From: an uncultured Thermoplasmatales archaeon
GTDB lineage: Archaea; Thermoplasmatota; E2; DHVEG-1
Length of the DNA stretch: 52,961 nt
Assembly: GCA_964473335.1 (NCBI GenBank)
Contig: CAYYOO010000002.1
Coordinates: 1 to 52,961 of the forward strand
Direction: 5' to 3'
The notes under the pieces were generated by a model that searched no databases, was not told the DNA's origin, and was given only the letters and a program-made list of their open reading frames with translations. The translations under genes and the position numbers were made by a program. This document shows positions 46,392-52,961 of this stretch, piece by piece. How positions within the stretch are numbered: the first letter of the stretch is position 1; the number at the start of each line of letters is the position of its first letter.

Positions 46392-47252
46392 TTGAAAAAG
46401 ACAAATTTTATTTGGGAAGAATTCATCTACGGGGGGCACTGGTTTTCCCTAAGTGCTTCAGCATTCGTGTTAACTATAATAATCCTCCTTGAGTTAAAAA
46501 TAAAATGGGAGCTTCTACTAATAGTATATCTTCTTATTCAATCAGTATATAATTATAATCACTATAAAGAAATAAACATAGATTCTTTATTAAAATCAGA
46601 CCGGACAAATCATATTAAAATATATTATAGCATCCTTCCCATGCTTACTATTTTTTATGGAATTGGGTTTGTTATACTAACACTTATTTATGGGAATCTT
46701 GAAAGCTTAGTTATGGCTGGATTTTTACTAATTATTGGATTTTTGTTTACAAAAATATTTAAAAAATTTTCAAAAAAAGTTATTGGATTTAAAACATTCT
46801 ATGCTTCTTTTACATTGTCCCTATTAATAATATTTATTTCTTTTTTCTATATCCATTCAGTAACTTTCTTAGTTATAGAATTATTAATTTTCTTCTTCTT
46901 ACGTTTTATGATAAGTTCAAGTTTTAGCGATATAAAGGATATCGACATTGATAAAAAATTTCATTTGTTAACTTGGCCTGTTTATTTCGGAAAAAAGAAA
47001 TTTTTAACGTTTCTACATATATTAAATTTTATTACAATAATTCCATTATTCATCATTGTATTTAAGATACAACCTTTATTTTCTATCTTTGTTATTTTCT
47101 CTTATTTTTACTGTTCTTATTATATTGAAAAAGCAAAAAATACAAAATCCGATATTCATTCACTGACAAACATTATAGTTGATGGAGAATTCTTATTTTG
47201 GCCCTTTTTTTTGTATATTGCGTTAATCTTAATGCAAATTTTCAAAATTTAG
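46392..47252 (+). CDS. UbiA-superfamily-like polytopic prenyltransferase, paralog 2
   Basis: Clearly alignable with 44185-45108 (EFIYGGHWFSL..., YNYNHY, DIKDIDIDKKFHLLTWPVYFGKKKFLTFLHILNF, VDGEFLFWP). TTG start. Confidence 0.5.
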   Translation: MKKTNFIWEEFIYGGHWFSLSASAFVLTIIILLELKIKWELLLIVYLLIQSVYNYNHYKEINIDSLLKSDRTNHIKIYYSILPMLTIFYGIGFVILTLIYGNLESLVMAGFLLIIGFLFTKIFKKFSKKVIGFKTFYASFTLSLLIIFISFFYIHSVTFLVIELLIFFFLRFMISSSFSDIKDIDIDKKFHLLTWPVYFGKKKFLTFLHILNFITIIPLFIIVFKIQPLFSIFVIFSYFYCSYYIEKAKNTKSDIHSLTNIIVDGEFLFWPFFLYIALILMQIFKI

Positions 47253-48382
47253 ATAGATAATGTAATAGATAACGAGTCGCGAATTGAAATTTTAAAATTA
47301 TTAAATCGAATATCTTTCCCAATTGATTCAGAAACAAATCCAGAGAGAATACCGCGAAAAATTATATACTTTGAATGCTCTGAATATACAGACCATGGAT
47401 AAAAAATAGTTACTAATTTTGGAGGATCATGATCAATAAAAATACTTTCCCCAAAACCAATTCCTGAAAAAAAATCCATAATAAATTTCTTATAATCTGT
47501 GTTTCCAGAAAGTTTTTGTAAAATTCTCCCATATTCAAAACATATATCAAAGAGGAGTTGCTCTCCACCTTCTAAAATACTAATTTCTTGCTCAAGAAGA
47601 TATAAGATTTGAGATTCACAGCCAAAAAATCTATTATTCTTATAAAAAAAACAACCTTCATCATATTTAAAGAACTTTGCATCGAGAAGTTTTTTCATTG
47701 TCATGTGTGAATATTTTGTTGGTTGAATTTTATTTAAAGACTTATACTTTGCATCAAACTTATATTCTGGTAAATTAACTTCATGAAAAAAAAACTCATT
47801 ATTTTCTATAAATTTTTTTCCAGGCAAACATTTTACAAGGCAGCAAGTATTTCCTCTCCCTTGACATTCCGTTTGAATCCCTTCAATGGTTTTGTCTTGA
47901 ACAATAAATGACCATATACCAACACTTCCGCCATCAGTCATTAAATATCCCTGTCCATTGTTAGGACAAATAATATAATCCTTAAAGGAAATTGTAAACT
48001 CTTTTTCACTAAAATCTGCTTCATGAGTTACCTGCTTTGAAAATGTAACCTCCATATAACGAACAAGACCATATAAAAAATCTTCCAACTCTTTCTTAGA
48101 ACTATTATTAACTGTTGGAAAATTTGACATTGAAGAATATAAGTATCCAAATTTTTTCCCTGCCGAATAAAGTACTTGTTTTCCTTGATTGCCATATTTT
48201 TCAACAATTTTATTTTCAATCATTTCAAAAAGTTTTTCAGGTAAGAAAACTTCTCTAAGAAAAGTAACTGTATCATTTTCAGTAAACGTTGTTATAATAA
48301 ATCCTGGTTTGTCGATAATTTCTCTCTTAGGTACAATGATATTTTTTATAAACCATCTAACTATTCTATCTTTAGCCGGCAT
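47249..48382 (-). CDS. Hypothetical protein with V4R-like (4-vinyl reductase / Bet3-fold) region
   Basis: LYSAGKKFGY ... IQTECQGRGNTCCLVKC resembles the start and the Cys-containing end of V4R domains. The C-terminal half may be a second degenerate copy. Confidence 0.35.
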   Translation of the reverse strand: MPAKDRIVRWFIKNIIVPKREIIDKPGFIITTFTENDTVTFLREVFLPEKLFEMIENKIVEKYGNQGKQVLYSAGKKFGYLYSSMSNFPTVNNSSKKELEDFLYGLVRYMEVTFSKQVTHEADFSEKEFTISFKDYIICPNNGQGYLMTDGGSVGIWSFIVQDKTIEGIQTECQGRGNTCCLVKCLPGKKFIENNEFFFHEVNLPEYKFDAKYKSLNKIQPTKYSHMTMKKLLDAKFFKYDEGCFFYKNNRFFGCESQILYLLEQEISILEGGEQLLFDICFEYGRILQKLSGNTDYKKFIMDFFSGIGFGESIFIDHDPPKLVTIFYPWSVYSEHSKYIIFRGILSGFVSESIGKDIRFNNFKISIRDSLSITLSI

Positions 48383-48422
48383 AGAAAAATCATCTTCTGC
48401 AAGTATAAAAGATTATAATATC

Positions 48423-49124
48423 TTAATCTTTGATTAAAATTCCATTATCAGTGAATTCAAATCTATGAGGAACATCATTAATTTTTGTCCATCTTAATTT
48501 TTCAATCTCAATAGTACGATTAGAGGTATCACCAAGTATTTCTCTTCCAAATGATAACAATCCATCTCCAATATATTCAAGCATTTTATTTGTTGGTTTT
48601 CTTTCATCTTTTTGAGCAATACATACTGTTGTTATTCCTTTTTTAGTTGTCTTGTCAAAGAGTTCAAGAAATTCTAAATAAGATATTGGAATTGGCGCAT
48701 GAGCTATTGCGCTAATGCTATCAATTACTACTCTATCATACTGATCATTTTCAACGTCTTCTAAGATATTTTCTAACATTTTTTTACTAATCGGTTTTAA
48801 GAAATCAAAATGCGCAATTTTTAAAGATCCTTGTTTTTGCCATTCAGTAAAATTCCAGTTGAACTGAATTGCTTGTTTAATTATTGCTTCAGGTGATTGT
48901 TCAACAGTTATATATAAACATTTCTCGTTATTTCGGCATCCTTCAGCAATATACGCCATGCCAAATAACGTCTTTCCTGTCCCCGGTAGACCAGATAATA
49001 CTATGTTAGAACTTTTTGGAAAACCACCTTCCATAAAATTATCTAAACCCTCTATCCCTGATTTTATACGTTCAACTTCTTTTGTTAATGTATTAAAATT
49101 CATGCTTTGTTCCATCTTTTCCAT
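48423..49124 (-). CDS. KaiC-like single-domain RecA-superfamily ATPase
   Basis: IKSGIEGLDNFMEGGFPKSSNIVLSGLPGTGKT (Walker A) and Walker B RVVIDSIS. 233 aa. Confidence 0.75.
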   Translation of the reverse strand: MEKMEQSMNFNTLTKEVERIKSGIEGLDNFMEGGFPKSSNIVLSGLPGTGKTLFGMAYIAEGCRNNEKCLYITVEQSPEAIIKQAIQFNWNFTEWQKQGSLKIAHFDFLKPISKKMLENILEDVENDQYDRVVIDSISAIAHAPIPISYLEFLELFDKTTKKGITTVCIAQKDERKPTNKMLEYIGDGLLSFGREILGDTSNRTIEIEKLRWTKINDVPHRFEFTDNGILIKD

Positions 49125-49448
49125 CCATCCTCTTTTAATATATAATTTGCATCTGTAATCAAGTAAATAGATTTTGTGGTTGTTATAATTTGAAAAAGGG
49201 AGATTTGATGTTAAAAAACCAGAGATATAAAAAAATAGTTTATTTTTTACTTCAAATAAAATATTATATTACTACTTTGATTTAAAGGGTGAAATCGTGT
49301 ACGGGAATAAATTTGAATAAAACTCCTTCTAGCTCCTTTTAAAATACGATATGAAATAAGGGGGGAAGGGATTTGAACCTTTAGCGATAATGCTTAAAAG
49401 AAGCATTTGAAAAAAGAAGGTCTTTTCTCCTGTAAAAAGTATATCGAG

Positions 49449-49543
49449 TGCTCCCGACGGGATTCGAACCCGTGTAGCTGGCTATCTTCAGGTTAAATAC
49501 CTGCGAAAGGCCAGAATGATTGGCCGGACTACACCACGGGAGC
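49449..49543 (-). tRNA. tRNA-Glu(UUC) with a 20-nt intron after position 37
   Basis: Minus strand reads GCUCCCG-UG-GUGU-AGUCCGGCCAA-UCAU-U-CUGGC-CUUUCG[CAGGUAUUUAACCUGAAGAU]A-GCCAG-CUAC-ACGGG-UUCGAAU-CCCGU-CGGGAGC-A. The intron maps to 49484-49503. No CCA is encoded. Confidence 0.85.
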
Positions 49544-49605
49544 ATATGAATTATTTTTCCCTAAACACACATTTGTTATATAAAATTACTTACAAATTTA
49601 GGTGA

Positions 49606-49678
49606 TAGTCCCGCCCAGATTCGAACTGGGGTCTCTGGCTCCAAAGGCCAAAATGATTGACCGCTACACTACGGGACT
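49606..49678 (-). tRNA. tRNA-Gln(UUG)
   Basis: Minus strand reads AGUCCCG-UA-GUGU-AGCGGUCAA-UCAU-U-UUGGC-CUUUGGA-GCCAG-AGAC-CCCAG-UUCGAAU-CUGGG-CGGGACU-A. 73 nt with all stems paired. Confidence 0.85.
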
Positions 49679-49795
49679 AATTATTTTTTAGAATGGTGCA
49701 TAAGGATTTTACTATATAATATTTAACGTTATTTAAGAAGTATAAAAAAAAGAAATTATTTTGCAGCTATCTAAACTGCAAAACTATTTGTTTTA

Positions 49796-50209
49796 TTATT
49801 CAGTTACAGCAACAACTTCAATTTGAGTTACGTCTGTTGTAGCTGTGAGTGTAGTATCTGTCTTATCTGTTACTGTTAGTGTAACGTTATATGTCCCAAC
49901 AGTTTCATAAGTATGTGTTGGGTCTGTTTCGTTGCTAGTTGTTCCATCGCCAAAATCCCAATCGTAGGTTAGCTCTGTTGCATTTGCATCTCCTAATGTA
50001 ACAGTAGATGTGAAATTAACCTGAGTTGTATTTGTGATATTTACGTTCATTGGCGTGTATGTAAAACTTGCTGTAGGCATTGTTGGTGTTGTTGGTTCTT
50101 CTTCCTCTTCCTCTTCTTCCTCTTCATCAGTAGTTTCTTCTACACATCCGCTTAATATACCGACTACTAGTGCTATTGCTAACATTAAAATTATTATTTT
50201 TTTCTTCAC
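49796..50209 (-). CDS. Secreted lipoprotein with a poly-Glu linker and PKD domain
   Basis: LSGC lipobox-like signal, a run of 11 consecutive Glu, and the PKD signature YDWDFGDGTTS...HTYETVGTYNVTLTVTD. Confidence 0.7.
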   Translation of the reverse strand: MKKKIIILMLAIALVVGILSGCVEETTDEEEEEEEEEEPTTPTMPTASFTYTPMNVNITNTTQVNFTSTVTLGDANATELTYDWDFGDGTTSNETDPTHTYETVGTYNVTLTVTDKTDTTLTATTDVTQIEVVAVTE

Positions 50210-50368
50210 TTTATCTTTCCTCCCACTTTTAATCTCTATATTTTATATAGAATATATATTTTATATTGTTAAGTTTGCATTATAAGAATATTATTTAATA
50301 GTTTCGAATTTTTAGAGGTTTAATGTTTTTAACCTAAAAAACAATTAAGATTTGCTGAGGTATGCTTA

Positions 50369-50848
50369 TTGATTGATAAAAAAATATTAAAAAATCTATC
50401 AGATGTTCTTAAAAAAAAGAATTTAACTATTGCTACTGCTGAATCAGCAACTGGTGGACTTATTGCAAATGTTCTTACAGATATTTCTGGTAGTTCAGAT
50501 TATTTTGATAGAGGTCTAGTTACATATAGTAATAAAGCAAAGATTGAATTATTAGGTGTTTCTGAAGAAGCTATTAACAAAAATGGTGCAGTAAGTAAAA
50601 TTGTTGCTAGGCAAATGGCGGAAGGCGCGAGAAAAAAATCAAATGTAGATATTGCAGTTTCAACAACTGGTATAGCAGGACCTACAGGTGGCACTAAAGA
50701 AAAACCAGTTGGAACTGTTTTTATTGGTTTTTCATCAAAAACTAAGACTCTTGTTAGAAAATTTCAATTTTCTGGTGATAGGTTAGAAATAAAAGAACAA
50801 TTTTGTAATAAAGCACTTGAACTAGTTTTAGAAAATATCTCTAAATAA
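50369..50848 (+). CDS. CinA C-terminal domain / nicotinamide-nucleotide amidohydrolase PncC-like
   Basis: TIATAESATGGLIANVLTDISGSSDYFDRGLVTYSN and STTGIAGPTGG. Confidence 0.8.
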   Translation: MIDKKILKNLSDVLKKKNLTIATAESATGGLIANVLTDISGSSDYFDRGLVTYSNKAKIELLGVSEEAINKNGAVSKIVARQMAEGARKKSNVDIAVSTTGIAGPTGGTKEKPVGTVFIGFSSKTKTLVRKFQFSGDRLEIKEQFCNKALELVLENISK

Positions 50849-50935
50849 AAACAATATTTTTTTAAAATCTATATAATTTTTTTTTTCGTAATACTTTTCT
50901 ATATAATCTATATACTGCTTTGATGGGAGGAATGA

Positions 50936-52180
50936 ATGGTTCTGGATATTAATCTGTGGATAATCATAGCAGTTACTAGTGCTATTGCATTTTATATGGC
51001 ATGGAGTATAGGTGCAAATGATGTAGCCAACTCTATGTCCACAGCGGTTGGAGCAAAAGCAATAACACACAAGCAAGCGGTGATAATTGCAGGAGTTCTT
51101 GTCTTTTTAGGTGCAGTTCTTGTAGGGCCTCATGTTACAGAAACAATTAAATCTGATATTATAAAAGTTGAAAACATCTCAACTAGCATTTTAATAATTG
51201 GTTTTGTTTCTGCACTACTTGCTGCAGCAATCTGGGCCACACTTTCGACTTGGAAAGAAATGCCTATTTCTACAACTCACTCTATTATCGGAGCGTTGAT
51301 GGGTTTTGGAATTGTCGCCGGTGGAATCAGCTATGTAAACTGGTATAAAATAGGGTCAGTTGCAGCAAGTTGGGTACTTTCACCATTGTTTGGATGCATT
51401 CTTGCTTTTCTAATATTCAAAACTATTGTTAAATTTATTTTTTCAAAAGAGGAACCAGTAGAATCAGCAAAGATTATAGGACCAATCATAATTGGAGCTA
51501 CAGCTTTTTTGATTATGTCTTCTTTTTTATTAAAAACACCTTTAAGCAAAGGATTAAATTTATCTTTATTATTTAGCATTGGCTTATCTTTATTAGTCTC
51601 AATATTGGTAGGTGTAATCAGTATTATATTGCTTAGAAAAGTAAAAGCAAAGAAAATAGAAGATTATGCTACAGTTGAAAGCATTTTTAGAAAACTTCAG
51701 GTTGGAACATCCTGTTATGTTGCATTTTCAATTGGTGCAAATGATGTTGCAAATGCAATTGGACCTGTTGCAGGTATAATTCCTTTAGCACAAAACGGTA
51801 GTTTCAGTCAATATGGAACTATTCATCCAGGTCTTTTAGTTTTAGGAGGGTTTGGTATTGCATTTGGTGCATTAACCTGGGGTAAACGTGTTATGAAAAC
51901 AGTAGGCGGAAGAATTACTAGTCTTACTAATACCCGTGGTTTTTCTGTTGATTTTGGTGCTGCGACTACGGTTCTAGTTGCTTCAAGACTTGGAATGCCT
52001 ATTTCAACATCGCATACGGTTGTAGGGGCAGTAATAGGCGTTGGTCTGGCTAGAGGACTTGAAGCAGTTGACTTGAGTGTCATTAAAAAAATAGTTGCTT
52101 CATGGCTGTTGACGCTACCTGTAGCAGCAGGTACGTGTATAGGAATTTTTTTATTATTGAAAACAATATTAGGAATTTAG
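50936..52180 (+). CDS. Inorganic phosphate transporter, PiT (PHO4) family
   Basis: Duplicated GANDVAN motifs (GANDVANSMSTAVGA and GANDVANAIGPVAG) and about 10 TM helices. Confidence 0.85.
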   Translation: MVLDINLWIIIAVTSAIAFYMAWSIGANDVANSMSTAVGAKAITHKQAVIIAGVLVFLGAVLVGPHVTETIKSDIIKVENISTSILIIGFVSALLAAAIWATLSTWKEMPISTTHSIIGALMGFGIVAGGISYVNWYKIGSVAASWVLSPLFGCILAFLIFKTIVKFIFSKEEPVESAKIIGPIIIGATAFLIMSSFLLKTPLSKGLNLSLLFSIGLSLLVSILVGVISIILLRKVKAKKIEDYATVESIFRKLQVGTSCYVAFSIGANDVANAIGPVAGIIPLAQNGSFSQYGTIHPGLLVLGGFGIAFGALTWGKRVMKTVGGRITSLTNTRGFSVDFGAATTVLVASRLGMPISTSHTVVGAVIGVGLARGLEAVDLSVIKKIVASWLLTLPVAAGTCIGIFLLLKTILGI

Positions 52181-52193
52181 AAAGGGTGATATT

Positions 52194-52892
52194 ATGAATG
52201 AAGATAAAAATCATTTCAGAGCTCCAGTATCTGACGTTTTTAGAAGAAAAACTCCTTTTGTTCAACTTGTAAACCATATGTGTAAGGTTCGTGAGGGAAT
52301 TGGTATTTTACATAAAAGTATAATAAAATATTATCAAGGTGACTACAAAGGTTTTTCTGATATTGCTAAAAAAGTTTCAAAAATAGAACATGAAGCAGAT
52401 ATTATCAAGGGAAATCTTAGAAATCATTTACCTTCTAGTCTATTAATGCCTGTTGATAAAGGTAAGTTTTTATGGGCACTTAGAGAGCAAGATGCTATTC
52501 TTGATCATGCTGAGAATCTTGCAGAAATGCTCGATATGCGTCATACTAAGATTCCAAAAGAGTTACAAGGTTTATTTTTGGAACATGCAAATCTAGTTAT
52601 GGATACAATCAAAGCTATGGAAAAAGCAGTGTGCAATATTAGAGATCTTGTTGTCACTGGTTTTGTTAAAAGAGAACGTGAACAAACAAAAGAATTCATT
52701 TATAAAATTCATAAACTCGAATATAAAGCAGATAAGAAAAAATATGAGATGAATAAAGGAGTTTATAAACTTGAAAAGAAACTTGATCCAATGGATGTTT
52801 ATCATCTTTTGAAAATAACTGATTGGGTAGATGAAATAGCAGATCACGCTGAAAACGTTGCTGATTGGCTTAGGTCCATGATAGCAAAATAA
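52194..52892 (+). CDS. DUF47/TIGR00153-type PhoU-like phosphate-transport accessory protein
   Basis: KIEHEADIIKGNLRNHL...MPVDKGKFLWALREQDAILDHAENLAE, plus the second half-repeat YKADKKK...ITDWVDEIADHAENVA. It has the conserved position downstream of PiT. Confidence 0.7.
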   Translation: MNEDKNHFRAPVSDVFRRKTPFVQLVNHMCKVREGIGILHKSIIKYYQGDYKGFSDIAKKVSKIEHEADIIKGNLRNHLPSSLLMPVDKGKFLWALREQDAILDHAENLAEMLDMRHTKIPKELQGLFLEHANLVMDTIKAMEKAVCNIRDLVVTGFVKREREQTKEFIYKIHKLEYKADKKKYEMNKGVYKLEKKLDPMDVYHLLKITDWVDEIADHAENVADWLRSMIAK

Positions 52893-52898
52893 TTTTAT

Positions 52899-52961
52899 TT
52901 ATTCAATTCCTACTAAGTGATTTATTACTGTTTCAGATATATCTTCAGCGTATTCACCTAT
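52899..52961 (-). CDS. PhoU-family protein, C-terminal fragment (gene continues beyond the window)
   Basis: The minus-strand translation IGEYAEDISETVINHLVGIE-stop resembles the conserved PhoU C-terminal helix (IGD-x-A-x-N-I-A-E). Confidence 0.4.
   Translation of the reverse strand: MGEYAEDISETVINHLVGIE

Noticed and set aside
49360-49448. Possible third tRNA gene or tRNA 3' half (T-arm-like ggttcaaatccc on the minus strand, plus the hairpin aatgctt/aagcatt at 49389-49407)
   Set aside because: The T stem has an internal mismatch. No complementary 5' acceptor strand (AGGGGGG) is found upstream. The candidate anticodon loop lacks U33 and a purine at 37. It is treated as a degenerate fragment only.
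50090-50135. GAA/GAG-rich tract as a microsatellite or regulatory repeat
   Set aside because: It is in frame within the PKD lipoprotein gene and simply encodes a run of 11 consecutive Glu in the linker after the lipobox.
50936-52961. PiT, DUF47 and convergent PhoU fragment as a novel system
   Set aside because: This is the well-known phosphate transporter and accessory-protein arrangement, which is ordinary housekeeping context.

Overview
This is an AT-rich archaeal chromosomal window. The archaeal assignment rests on the HMG-CoA synthase/thiolase/DUF35 trio, NAC, MCM, an intron-containing tRNA-Glu, and tRNAs without encoded CCA. The lineage cannot be assigned from the sequence alone, and every family call below comes from motifs read by eye with no database search. 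(1) Positions 38-11295 are an integrated mobile element in the 3' end of a tRNA-His gene. It is bounded by an exact 18-bp direct repeat. It carries a tyrosine integrase with a C-terminal zinc ribbon, an MCM helicase, several ribbon-helix-helix regulators, toxin-antitoxin-like pairs and two repeat-rich non-coding regions that could be origins. No structural virion genes are recognisable. (2) Positions 13433-23989 are a 12-gene minus-strand array. It holds the mevalonate-entry trio coupled to an XRE-HTH regulator, an orphan three-repeat protein, an Lhr helicase and an SbcD/Mre11-related phosphoesterase. (3) Next come housekeeping genes: Nnr, NAC, a glycosyltransferase and a HEAT-repeat protein. 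(4) Positions 29146-43869 are a plus-strand cell-envelope island. It contains a COG1361-type surface protein with a MacB-type ABC transporter. It also contains a tightly packed five-gene operon (32429-40411) of a LuxE-like adenylating enzyme, a transglutaminase-like protein, an Nramp-like permease lacking the DPGN metal motif, a 1080-aa membrane protein and a stand-alone E2-type acyltransferase. I rate that operon the best candidate for an undescribed system. A 1025-aa GEVED/clan-CD/DUF11-like lipoprotein follows it. (5) Positions 44185-49124 hold two divergent UbiA-like paralogs flanking a geranylgeranyl-reductase-like gene, plus a KaiC-like ATPase with a V4R-like protein. (6) The window ends with tRNA-Glu (20-nt intron), tRNA-Gln, a PKD lipoprotein, PncC, and a PiT/DUF47/PhoU phosphate cluster.
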